Positions 12,061 through 24,260 are shown, counted from the first letter of the stretch. The stretch is DNA of 64,000 nucleotides from Podarcis liolepis (GCA_965112155.1 OZ218103.1), one strand, 5' to 3'. The notes: generated from the letters alone by a model not told the origin. Translations and numbers: made by a program.

Positions 12061-12879
12061 CCTCTCTGGTAGACTAGTGATTTACTAGATCAACTGTTAA
12101 CTTGGGATGTGTAGACTGTGCAAGTCTGTCTAGTGGAAGGCCTTGCACAGTGATATTTTCCAAACCACACATCTGCAACTGTTTAAATTACAGTTTAATT
12201 ATCTCCTCTGTGTACTGTTCACCTGTGTGAATGGCTTTATTGTGGCTTTCCCCATATTCTACTGAAAATCAGGATTCTGTGGAGTTCAAATAAGGGCAGG
12301 AGCAAAAGAAGCATCTGCCTAATAAAGAAGGTCATATTCTCTTGCAAAGGCAGGCACAGACCATTGCTCTTAATTATGTTATTATCTGATCTTCCCAAAC
12401 TAACATACTTTGCTTCTCTTTGATGTACCATCCAGTTCTGCTCAGACCGCCTTTCCCTTTTTTGGTTTGTGCTCCAGTCATTTTAGTCAGAAGAAGTGAT
12501 TAATGAAACTCAAAAGGTCAGTTTAGGTTTTTTTCTATTTCTGCAAAGTGACCCAATTGTATACATTGCTGCTTCCTCCTTTATTGATATTTTAAGTGAT
12601 GCTAAAAATGCCTCTTAATGTCCAGTGTGCCCCTATAGTAAAGAGCTATTTTAAAACCAAATATTTGATTTGACCAATGTGCCTTTTTCATTTGATTTAC
12701 AAATGTAAGAAGGTGAAACACCATTATTAATAGGTGCCATTTATGAAAAATGCTTTGTCTAACTTTTTGGGGTTCTGTGAATTCCAGCCCCTTTGCTAGA
12801 AGGAATAATTCTCATGTGATCCAGTATGACAGTTTTACTTTTCTTAATTTCACTATACATTTTTAAAAATTAATATCTA

Positions 12880-12966
12880 AGACCCATTGAGAGTAATTGA
12901 CTTAAGTTAGTCATGCCCATTAAATTTCAGTGGGTTTACTCTTAGAAGGACTAGTGTTGGCTATAT
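12880..12966. mobile_element. Short palindromic MITE-like element, interrupted at its end by the hAT element
   Basis: gacccattga...tttcagtgggtttactc...ggactagtgttggcta; same family as 28989-29115. Confidence 0.55.
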
Positions 12967-13586
12967 CAGTGTTTTTCAACCACTGTTCCGCGGCACACTA
13001 GTGTGCCGCGAGATGTTGCCTGGAGGGAGTCGGGCGGCAAGAGGCGGGGCGGCGGCGGCGAGGAGAGGCCGCCCAGCGCAGGGCTCTCGCCGTCTGCCTG
13101 CCTGGCTGCCTGCGAGCTCGGCGGGCAGCGCCTCCATCCGCAGCGCCCGCCTCGCGGCTCTCATTCCCTGCCCCTGCCAAAGCTCACCCAGCCAAGCGTG
13201 CTCTCCTTCCTGCCTCGCTTTGCTGCCTCCTCCCCCCCCCACCCCCAAAGCTTGGAGGTTCCCCGGCGCCAACCCGCAGGTTTGACCCCCTTCTCACACC
13301 TGTTCGCGCTCCTTGCACGGAATGGGGCGGATGGGGAGGAACGGGGCTCGCCGCTGCCTCCGCTCGCCCTCCCCCCCTCCGCCGGCGGTCCTGCGATTCT
13401 TGGCTTTTTGGCGGTTGGCACAGAAGGAAGGGAAGGGGGAGGGGAAAAAATTGAAACTTACACTTTCGTGCATCCCTCCCGGCATGACGCTGCGCGCTGA
13501 CGTCACGGGGCTGTAATGGTGGTGTGCCTCGAGATTTTTTTCATGAAACAAGTGTGCCTTTGCCCAAAAAAGGTTGGGAAACACTG
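12967..13586. mobile_element. Non-autonomous hAT (Charlie-like) DNA transposon, 620 bp, CpG-rich interior
   Basis: TIRs cagtgtttttcaacc and ggttgggaaacactg; 8-bp TSD ggctatat / ggctacag (6 of 8 match). Confidence 0.88.
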
Positions 13587-14930
13587 GGCTACAGTCCCGA
13601 ATGTTCTGTTCAAATGCCTCCCATCTTTTCAGGAAATTGCTAGGTGCTTGCCCTTCTTTTTCTTCTAGGTGAATTTAGTTTTTTTAAGCTGCTTCTTGTT
13701 TTCTGTTATACCACTGGACCGTATCCAGTATTTTAGAAGATATTAGAAGGAACAGCTGTTTTTAATGTTTGTCTTTTTCACTGTCCTATTATATTTAGCA
13801 CACCAGAACCAAAATAACTTGAAACATCCAACAAGTGTCCCCTCAGCTCTTAGTGTCACTGTTTTAAATTTGTATCCATCTATTAAAATTGTCCTCCACC
13901 CATCACTGAGCAAAATGTTAAATCTCTTAATTAAAACCTGCAGTCATAATTTGTAACAGTGCATCTATGGATGGACCTTGGTGCCAGGGCCCACAGTCCA
14001 GGGACTCAGCTATTACAGCTGCAAATAAAATGTTTAAGTGTGTTTTAAGTGTTTTAAGTGCAATACAGAATGTAGATGGCGATGGTGAGCCTTATGGAAA
14101 ATTCAATGTTTTTTAAAAAAAGTTTTTTTAAAAGTGTTTCCAGAACAATTTTTATATGTGCTTAGATTCTACCCAGGCCCACCTCCCTCCCTCCAGATGA
14201 CCACTCAGAGAGCAGCAGATGAGGCAGGCAGTGGCAAAAAGCCCCCTGCCCCCCAATCAGCATGAGCAAATCAACCCCACTAGGGCTGCCACAGGTCATC
14301 CTAGCAGTCTTTATTATTTTATGGCAGATGGCCAGGCATGTACATGATTACAGATATTTCCATTTCAAAAACTTACTATCCTTTTTTGTTTTTTGTTTGG
14401 TAACGAAATGATGCTTATTCAGTTTGCAGTAGGGTAGCAAAAGCAATGCTCGTTTTAGTCCTGTAGTCACAATGGTGCTGTGATTTAAGTGAGTTTAAAA
14501 TGCAAAACTGCACGAACTGTACATATTAGGAATGCAGAAGCAATTGAAAGGCCCAGAACGGCAGTGGGGGAGGGAAGAACAGAAATGTTGATTGTGTGCT
14601 TCTAATTTAATACGCGTGGCTGTCTAAAGTGCCTGCTCACCTCCGCAAGTTCAAGTCCAGGAACTAACATTACTTGGCTGCACTGCTGAGTCTTGTGAGA
14701 CACTGTGCATGCAGGGTTGGCTCCAGGTTTGAGGGAGTCCTGGGTGGGCAAAGTGCTCTCTGGTGGGTCCCTTCCTCTGTCACCGGGTCCTGAAAGCCTT
14801 ACGTGACTGCCGTGGTGATGGTATTCACTGGTACTCCTATCAACTCCTCTTCTTCTTTTGCTGCCCACAGGAGCCATTTTGTGTCAGCACCCACAGCACA
14901 TTTATTAATATAGGAGTATTGGCATCTCAA

Positions 14931-15290
14931 GGGACGCGGGTGGCGCTGTGGGTAAAACCTCAGCGCCTAGGACTTGCCAATCGTCAGGTCGGCGGTTCGA
15001 ATCCCCACGGCGGGGTGCACTCCCGTTGCTCGGTCCCAGAGCCTGCCAACCTAGCAGTTCGAAAGCACCCCTGGGTGCAAGTAGATAAATAGGGACCGCT
15101 TACTAGCGGGAAGGTAAACGGCGTTTCCGTGTGCTGCGCTGGCTCGCCAGATGCAGCTTGTCACACTGGCCATGTGACCCGGAAGTGTCTGCGGACAGTG
15201 CTGGCCCCCGGCCTCTTAAGTGAGATGGGCGCACAACCCTAGAGTCGGACACGATTGGCCCGTACGGGCAGGGGTACCTTTACCTTTACC
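14931..15290 (+). mobile_element. Sauria SINE, full length, second subfamily
   Basis: A and B boxes, ACCTTT-repeat tail, 13-bp TSD tattggcatctca at 14917-14929 and 15291-15303. Confidence 0.95.
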
Positions 15291-16009
15291 TATTGGCATC
15301 TCATTCATTTATTTTACCAAAAGAAGCTCTGGCGGCAGGAGTGCTCAGAGCAGGGCCAGGTTGCTAGGAACAGCTACCATTTTAACTTCCCACAATACCC
15401 TGCTGTAGGCTCACTTGGGCACATTGTGGGAAATTTAAATGACAGGCAGCCACAGCTGCCTGGGACTGTTTCGAGTGCCATTCTGATATATTTTTTTAAG
15501 GGTGCCCTAGCAGCTGCCCAAGCATGCCAGGTGCCAACACTGGTCCTATGCACCCATCCCTCCTGTTGCTAGGCTTGTGTGAAATGTTTCCTAGTTAACC
15601 TGATTTGCCACTTTCCTCAAATGAGGCGTAACCCTCTTAAGTAATAATTTTTATTACCTCCCCCCCCCCGGTAATTAAACTGTTCTTAAACACGGTATCA
15701 GTGTAGGCTAGCTAATATCAAATGGTATGATAAAGCAGCAGGTCATTAAAAACCACAAATAAAGCAGCAACAGTGGGACCAGACCACCTTGTAAGTAGCG
15801 GCTTTCCTAATGGATGTTCCTCTATATTACAGTGCACATAGAAATTACCGTATTCATGAGAAGGATTTGGCCTGGAATTCTTCCTGACAACCATGTTTTC
15901 TATTTTTTTTTGTCTGTAGGAAGATTAAATCATGTGAGCTGCACCTGTTAACGAACACCTGTTTGTTAATCCAAACACAAGTTTACCTCCTCATCTTCCA
16001 TCATTTACG

Positions 16010-16186
16010 AATGGACTGTAGCTCAGTTGCAAAGCAATGGCTTTGCATGCAAAAGGTCCCAATTTCAGTACTTGGCATCTCCAGGTAGGGCTGGGAGGGA
16101 CCCCATCTGAAATCTTTGACAGCCATTGCTGGTCAGTGTAAAACAATACTGAGCTGTGGTTTGACTTGGTGTAGGGGAAACCTACT
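16010..16186 (+). mobile_element. Older tRNA-derived squamate SINE
   Basis: tagctcagt...aaggtccca...ggcatctccaggtagggctggga...acaatactgagct; similar copies at 20060 and 32401/32815. Confidence 0.75.
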
Positions 16187-16270
16187 GTGGGCGAATTTTG
16201 CGTTTTGAGGAGAGAGATATTGGTTTGCATGATACTTCCTCCCTTCTTATTGTCACCTTCGGAACTGACA

Positions 16271-16446
16271 CATAGGAGCCAACTCCTAGGGGCCAAGGTC
16301 ACTCCCCCCCCAAATATTTGAGGGGGTGGGCCCCCAAAGTTGAAGGAAAATCTCATTCAAATTGTGTGTGTGCGTCTCATCATGTGACTGATTATGCAGC
16401 ACTGGGCTTATCTGCCCTCCCTATTTTATTCAAGTTGGCACCCCTG
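16271..16446. mobile_element. hAT-type MITE
   Basis: TIRs cataggagccaact and agttggcacccctg; 8-bp TSD aactgaca / gactgcca (6 of 8 match). Confidence 0.7.
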
Positions 16447-19400
16447 GACTGCCAATGATTTTGGGTTTAATTCACGCTTTGGACTCCAGGGATCAGTAGC
16501 AGCAGGATGTGGGAAGATCCACTTGTGGGCCAACTGTAGGCTGAGTGCCTGCAGGCAGATAAATTATGCTGGCCCCAGTAAACTGGCCTACCTTACCAGG
16601 TGGGAGGAATTGAGATATAAGGCTGGCCAGCTTGTGGCCACCAAGGAGCTGGAATATCTAAATCTCTCAGATGGGTTCTGACTCTTGAACTTCAGCATAG
16701 GCCTGGACTGAGAGGCTGCTGTGTAATGGCCAGCTGGAGTCTGTTCATTACTGTTTCCTGGAGCTCCCTATAACAGAATGGGGAAGTAGTTTATCTTGTT
16801 CTTGCTGTGCTGTTTTGCTTAAATATTGTTTTTTGTGCAATCTATTTAAGGAAAACATCGAATTGCCCTCCACTTGTGGTATTATTGCCATTGAATCCAA
16901 AAGAACCTTTGCCTTTGCCAAAGCACTTGGTATAATAAGGCAACTTCCATGGTTCTTATTTAGTGTTTCTGAGAACTTGGCTTCTGATGCTTGTTGGTTA
17001 GAAAAGATGCTGTCCCAACTTTTAACGTGTAGGTTAAGGAATGCTTACAATGCCATTGAAAAGAGATAATAGTATCTATTATATAAATAATAGGGTTGAC
17101 AGTAGTCCCTTTTATGCACTCTCTGGCCTGTGGCCATGACAAAAGCAAATCTCTCCCTCAACAAGTCACCCTATTGTGTGTTGCTTCTATTTGGGGACTG
17201 CGGGATGGCATGGCAGGGGCAGTGAGATTGGACGTGGGCCTTGGGTTGCCCAGTAGATGTATCTTTCTATTCAACCCATTCCTAGTCCTGTTGGCTCACA
17301 GGCCACAAAGGAAATTTTGACTAAATACTAGCTCTGTATAGCTTGTCTATCCCTATCAGTTTTCAAGAGGGAGGATGCAACCACTCCCCAGTAGCTGTGA
17401 CCTCAGAAGTTATCTTGCTTGTCATCTACAGAAGCCCCCACAGGGAAGGCGTCAGTGTGGAAAAGCTCATTTTGTGTATGCTAGGCCACTCTCTCTCATG
17501 CACTGTTTACCCAACAGACTTCAAGTTTGACAATTTCTCATTAAGCTGATTTCGATTCAGTATCACTAGAGCAAGCTCTTAATTACTTGCACTTTCATCT
17601 GTGCCCACTGACGGAATAGAGACGCCAGGAGGGGTCTTCATTTGCATATATTGATTAGAGCTAACCCAAACTCTATTGTGTCTGCCCATCATGTTTAGGA
17701 AATGTTAATTCACAGTCTGCTGTGGTTGCTGCCCAGCTTCTAATAAAAGAAGGATGGCAGCTTCTTCGGCACCAGCAGCTTCAACTTCTCACTAGCTAAC
17801 ATGTCTGCAGACTTCCTTTTCTGTGAGGGTGAAGAATGGCATTTTAAATCTGTGTTAGCTATGCACTCATAGGGCTTTGCAACATGCTCTTCTGTGTCTA
17901 ATGCCAAAAGCTCAAAATAGTGTTCCTTTCCCATTTTAGACAGAGAAGCTATTTTCCCTCAGTCCAGATATATAGGGGCAGATTCAGCTGAGTCCCGGTA
18001 GCAGAAACCCAATTAAGGACTTCTACTAGCGCACATGCCCTGCATTGGCTCAGTGTTTGTGTGTGTGTGTCAGGTGAATCCCCAGAACAGCGCACGGGGG
18101 AGGGGTGGGGGGGATCCCATCTGGCAAACTGAAACATTTGCATTGACAGAATGACTACCATAATGCTATGTTGAATTCCTCCCATTCTGTGTCTTGTAGC
18201 GTCCTGTCCTGAAGGATGCTGGGTTTTGCCACTAAGCATTTGCTCATGTGCCTGCCAACCCATGAGTGAGGGGTGGTTAAGGGGGAAGGAGGAATAAGTG
18301 TACTCTGGTTGCAAGTGCATGACTAGCTTAAAGATTGTCACATTCCACAGTGGTTGTCTATGAGATTAAGGCATGTGGGATCACCAGGCACTCAACAGTA
18401 CTCCAGTTAGATTGAGCTGGTATCTCACATTCCTTCACAGCCTATCTGAAGAGCCTCAGAAATTTACGCAATGGAAAGCATCAAAATTGAGAGATTGCAT
18501 TTCTGCACTTTAGCTGAAAGGACTGCTGAACTATCTATTAATATCCTTAAACTTTATATGATTTTTGAATCCTTGCTTAGATTTTTAACACTAGCTGCAT
18601 CCAGGAAATAGAAGGGTCTTGGCATACAGCCCACCCCCCTCAAACTCATAACACTATTATGTCCATACACAATGGCAAAATTTCAATGAAATTGTAAACT
18701 TTGCTTTAGCATTGCACACATGAGACTTCTGCACTTTGTACTTTTCTTCTCCAGTGTGGTCGTGAGATCGGAAGCTTTCACTTTTATTTTCAAGTAACTG
18801 CAGTACAATGCTGCTGTAGTTAATCTAAACTACTGTATTATTTGAAACAAACCAAATCCATAAAACATGGCTTGAAGTTGGCTTGTTTCCCTGAGTAGGT
18901 GAACTGTGGCCCAAGGGCAACATGTAGCTCTCTGCCTAATTTTGTATGGCTGGAGGGAGATAAGGAGGGCAAGAGGGAAAATCCTGGGGGGACAGGGACG
19001 TATCAAACAATGGAATAGGAGGGGAAATTATTCTGTAACTGATCAATACAGACTTCTGGCAAGAGAGATCTGTCTCTCTTCCAATGGCCTGGTAGGCAGA
19101 AAGGAAAAAGGATGTAGCAGAAAAGAGAATAAGAAAAAGGGGCAGGCTTCACCCCCTTCTGGCACTGAGTCACTCAACAGCATGTGGCCCATCAAAATAA
19201 TCTCCCAGGTAATGCAGACCTCAACAGAAAAAAAGGTTTAACAAGAGGCCTGAACCATAGTAAAGACAAACCACATTTTATCTGAGTTTGTGTTTACCAC
19301 TGAACTGTAGTTGATAAAAAACGGGAAATGGAAGTTTCCAGTGCCCTTGCAGCTGCATTGGAGGCCAGCAGCATTTATGCAGAGTTCTCTCTCTAAAGAT

Positions 19401-20059
19401 TACTTCTGGCAGTAGTTGGGCTTTTGGACAAGGAAGATAGAGCTGTTTAGGATACTGTCTGCTTTATACGTTATTCTTAGTGTTTTGCGTATTGTTTGTC
19501 TTGCTAGTCCAGATCTTACAGCATGGTCATCTCAGGAGGAACTTGCTCCTCACAGAAGTGCAGCACTGGAGCCCAAGGCATCTTTCCCAGCCTCTCTTCA
19601 GCCTGCCTGCTAAGATGGTTCTCCCTCTGTTCTCCCCATTCTTCCCAGCACACCTTGATAAAAATCACTCTCTTCCTGTCACCCCTCTCTCTCTTACCCC
19701 ACCCTCTTGGCAATTTCTGTCTGCCCAGGTCCAAGGATTCCTCCTAGATAGGCCATCAACACATGTTGTCATGCTAACGACATGGCTTATCCCTAGCTAG
19801 CTATGTGAAGCTGCCTGGGTTTGTGTTCCTAAACTGTATTTAACAGTGCTTGACTTAGTTTTAACTAGCCAAATTGCTTACTTGGTGCATTGCTTACTTA
19901 ATGAATTTATGAGTTTGCTCAAATTCTAGCTCTTTACTGAATCCACAGATTATGGCGAGTCTGCCCCTCCCCCAAACTCATAACACTGCATAGCCACAAC
20001 TCCCAGAATCTGCAGCAGAACCGTCACTGGGGATCTTAGGGCCTGGGTTCTTGGAACTA

Positions 20060-20260
20060 GAGAGACCATAGCTTAGTGGCAGAGCACATGCTCTGCATTC
20101 AAAAGGTCCAAGATACAATCCTTGGTAGTTCCACTTAAAAGGATAGCTAATAAGAAAGAACCTTTGCCCAAGACCCCAGACAGAGCTTCTGCTAGTCAGA
20201 GTAAAGTATGCTGGGCTTGATGGATGTATAATCACTACTGGGATAAGGCAGCTTCCTGTG
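20060..20260 (+). mobile_element. Older tRNA-derived squamate SINE
   Basis: ccatagcttagtggcagagcac...aaaaggtcca...taaggcagcttcct; same family as 16010. Confidence 0.72.
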
Positions 20261-20331
20261 AGCTTATATGGGAGAAGACTCTTCCATACGTATATTGAGC
20301 TACACTCCTACAATCTCATGTTTCTGTAAAG

Positions 20332-20469
20332 CAGGGAGAGTCAACATGGTGCCCTCTGCATGTTGTGAATTCCCAACTCCTACCATCTCTTGAGTATTAG
20401 CCGTGTTGGCATGGCCAGATGGGAGTTGTAGTCCAAAGCATCTGGAGGGCTCCACATTGATTTCTCCTG
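20332..20469. mobile_element. ~140-bp hAT-type MITE (caactcc...gggagttgtagtcc family)
   Basis: Internal inverted motif; related copies at about 32325/32970, 39515-39585, 42905-43030, 44326-44452, 49345-49482 and 63945-64000. Confidence 0.7.
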
Positions 20470-21384
20470 CTATGAAAGTGTAATGCTACATACACTAACA
20501 TATTCCCCCTTCTCCCTCCCATACCAGTGACCCAGAAATATACTGCAGTTCCTCAACACTTTGTCGCTGTGAGCAAGGGAAACTGGGAAAACTAGCCTAA
20601 AACAACAAGAGGAGTGGGGCCATAGAGGTGTTTGTGGCTCAGACCAGATCAAGGTTCAGGATGAGGTTTTTGTATATTTGGGAGCACGAAGGCCAAGTGT
20701 TATGTGATGATAAAGCAAACGTGTCAGGTATTCATAAATGTGTTATAGGTTGGAATACTAAAGCAGATCTTTATGTGCTGCCCACAGTTCAAATTTTGTA
20801 GAGGTTTTTGCAGCTGCTTTAATGCCAGAGGCTAAATCTTTGGCAGCTGCATAGTATTTTTGAATGTTTTTTCTTAGGGAGAGTTTAAAGAAAACGAATA
20901 AAGCATCGTTTGAACAAGACAGTCAGATTAGATGGTCATCCAAAATCTTAGGCATACAGAAGTATACTGCTTCAAATTTTGGACACTTCAGAAGCAAACA
21001 AGTCAGAGACTGCTATTGTAGAGATGGAAAACTAAGTTAAGGGTAATTTGAAGAAAATCTGTTGACAGTTTACACTTGTGAAATTTTTGTGGCATTATGT
21101 CCTTTAGAAAGCATGGTCAGTGCGGACTGTGTTGCAGTTAAAGGAAAGGAAAGGAAAGAAGAAATTTTGATGATTTCATTTGAATTATTGCCTGAAAACC
21201 ACTCGTCCAGTGGTCTCCCAAAACAGGAACTAATGGTGAGGGCCTAGTTCTGGAACTTTACTCATGCAGTCACAACACCTCCTGACAAGTTCTACTTGCC
21301 ACTGGAGAAGAAAAAAAATGTGCATGCTCAGAAATGAACTGAGTGTAAGTTCCACAGATAAGTATTAAGGCAATAGGGTATTAA

Positions 21385-21736
21385 AAAGGGTAAAGGGACC
21401 CCTGACCATTAGGTCCAGTCGTGACCGACTCTGGGGTTGCGGTGCTCATCTCGCTTTATTAGCTGAGGGAGCCAGTGTACAGCTTCCGGGTCAATGTGGC
21501 CAGCATGACTAAGCCGCCTCTGGCAAACCAGAGCAGCGCACGGAAACGCTGTTTACCTTTCCGCCGGAGCAGTACCTATTTATCTACTTGCACTTTGACG
21601 TGCTTTCTAACTGCTAGGTTGGCAGGAGCAGGGACTGAGCAATGGGAGCTCAACCCGTCGTGGGAATTCGAACCGCCACCTTCTGATTGGCAAGTCCTAG
21701 GCTCTGTGGTTTAACCCACAGCGCCACCCGCGTCCC
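21385..21736 (-). mobile_element. Sauria SINE, full length, minus strand
   Basis: Reverse complement of the 1984-2336 type; 13-bp TSD aatagggtattaa at 21372-21384 and 21737-21749. Confidence 0.95.
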
Positions 21737-23311
21737 AATAGGGTATTAAGCATGCACAAATGACTTACAGGCATACCTTGCTTTATTACCACATGACTTC
21801 AACCAAAACCAGAATGTAGAAACCTCTGTTTAAGTTGGAAGTCAACCTTGGTTGTGTCTAAACTAGGACATGAATGTGTAGATATGCATTTCCATGTATG
21901 TTTTGCTGTTTCCTTGTGCTTGTGTCCCTTCATCCACACAAGCACTTTCAGTTTTATGCTTCTAAAATGTACCTGGATGTTTCCTGTCCACGCTCGTGGC
22001 CAGTGCTTGATTTTTTGTGGTGTTGTCAAATCATTTCATGTGGATATTTGTTTAGCTTTCAACATTTTTGTTTTGAAATACAAGTTTTCCAAAATAACAC
22101 AAAAGAGCAGTAAAAACATTATTTTTAAAATGTGTGTTGCTTCACATCAGGCAAGATTGAGAGCTGCTGGAATGAAAGACTGACACTTCCATTCCTCCCC
22201 TTTTCCTTTCCTGCACCCAGCAAAACATCATTACACATGTGTATAAACCTGCTCATATAATGTGCTTTAGTTCATTCACAGTCAAGTAACACGTGATTTT
22301 ATACTGGATTATCCAGAGAGCAGGAAAATGAGACTTTAGCAGGAGATGGTGTGGGTTGCCACTTGGATGAGGACATTGTGTGGAAGCTGCAAAAAGATAG
22401 AGAGGCAAAAGCAGCTTCAAATCCACATTAGGCTTTGGTCTGGATGAGACCCTAGTTTGTAAACATAAAATAATTCTTCACCCTAAAAAGTCAAATCAGT
22501 GACACACTCAGGTTCTTAGAGAAGCTCTAATTGATGCTGGCTCTTCCTTCTCCAGCTATAAAAATGGGCAGACTCACATCGAGACCGTAAATAATACATT
22601 ATGTTCCCTAAGATGACAGTTGTCTTGTTAAACGGGGTCTTTTTAAAAGTAAAGAAGAAAATAAAAATGTCAGCAGTACCTTGTAGCAATAGTTTATTTA
22701 GCTCAGTACCGCCAAGCTGCAGCAGATACCTCTGGCCCATTCCTATGTCCCTGCCACGTTTTCTATTTTGGTAGTTACTATCTGCAAAAATGGGGATAGA
22801 TACACTACTGAATGCAAGTAGCATGAACTCAGGATTTGCCTCATTATAAATTGCATCAAAAATTAGTTCTTAGTTGTACTGAACAGAAAAATCAGTTTAA
22901 GGATTTGCACCTTTTAACGGTAGTCTTATGTCCCCAGGGATGGTAGAATGTTGCAATCTCCTTCTCTGCAGGTCTGTCCTCAGAAGCTTTCACTCTGTAT
23001 GCTTCAATGGGAGGAGAAAAAGTGTGTTTTCGGGGGGGGGGGGTTGAATCGGGATGTATTGGGATTCACAGGATCTAAAGCACTGCTAGAATTTGGGGGG
23101 GAGGGGAGTGCAGTGGCCCTGGGAAGTGGTGTACTTATTTATTTTAAAAAAAAATAGGCCTTAGAAAATGGAGAAAGAGATTATGCCCACCCTCCTTTGC
23201 CCTAAAGGCACAAGCCAGGTCAGACTCTGGATCTTGCAGTTCTTCCATCTCTAATTCTCCCTCCCCCAATGCTGTAGGTGCAATTCACACCCATTAAAAT
23301 CAACAATAGTA

Positions 23312-23458
23312 NNNNNNNNNNNNNNNNNNNNNNNNNNNNNNNNNNNNNNNNNNNNNNNNNNNNNNNNNNNNNNNNNNNNNNNNNNNNNNNNNNNNNNNNN
23401 NNNNNNNNNNNNNNNNNNNNNNNNNNNNNNNNNNNNNNNNNNNNNNNNNNNNNNNNNN
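23312..23458. other. Assembly gap (147 N)
   Basis: Run of N. Confidence 1.
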
Positions 23459-24091
23459 TTAAGCCATGTCCCCTCTGGCTGCAGGGGTGGGAGGAGAAAA
23501 ACTTGGTTCCTAGCCAGTTCCACTCCTGTGGCAGGAATAGGGGCACTGGGTGTCTTCCTTCTCCTGGAAGCAGCTAGGCGGCCTGCAACTACACCCACAG
23601 GAGCAATATCTGTGAAGTGCAATAAAGTGAGGTATGCATGTAGATCATTTTGTTCATGCTTAATACCCTAACCCTATTGAATGGATGGGCTTGTGCCCCT
23701 TGGCATAATTTGAAAAGCAAGAGCAGTGAGTCCCTTTCTCTCCAGCTTGGTAAGGGAGAGAGAGAGAATAGGTTGGTCATAGCTACTTTTGGCTCTGGCC
23801 CAGTCTACTGCTGGCTTAGAATCTGCTCTCAGTCAGCATATTGTCTGTCCCTGCTTCAGAATGTAAGCAGCAAAGCAATCAGTTATGAATGACATTTAAA
23901 AGATGGGTTCTTCTGACCAAAGTCTGAATGGAGCACACTAGGTCCAGTGACTGTAACTGAAAATGAGATCATTGAGTGATGTAAATCAGTGTTCACTAAC
24001 AGTTTATGATGAACTGAAGTAATTTTCCACCTGGGATTTTAAAGTAATAGTTGGGAATTTCAGCAATATTTTGACAAGCGAGGCTCCAATT

Positions 24092-24260
24092 TTTATTTGA
24101 TCTTGTATTTAAAATTTCAAAACAGAGTAAACACATTTTTATCACCACATCATACCAGCTAGGCTGTATTTCTCAATTTATTAGAAACAGCGGTCAGTAC
24201 ATCCTTCTAAAACATTACATGTAAATGTGCTTTATTGCAATCTTTTATTGCATTTTTATT
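24092..24260 (-). terminator. Polyadenylation signal cluster (5 x AATAAA on the minus strand)
   Basis: Plus-strand TTTATT at 24092, 24177, 24231, 24244 and 24255; GU/U-rich sequence downstream of the 24177 site on the minus strand. Confidence 0.6.

Noticed and set aside
12976-13584. Overlapping GC-rich ORFs up to 165 aa and a CpG-island appearance suggesting a gene start
   Set aside because: Contained between hAT TIRs with a TSD; open frames reflect GC richness and the peptides are low-complexity.
18096-18113. G-run cluster with G-quadruplex potential (also near 27513 and 9750)
   Set aside because: Short poly-G runs are frequent throughout the window and nothing ties these to a function.
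23220-23622. ORFs spanning 23.2-23.6 kb
   Set aside because: Artefacts of translating through the N gap.
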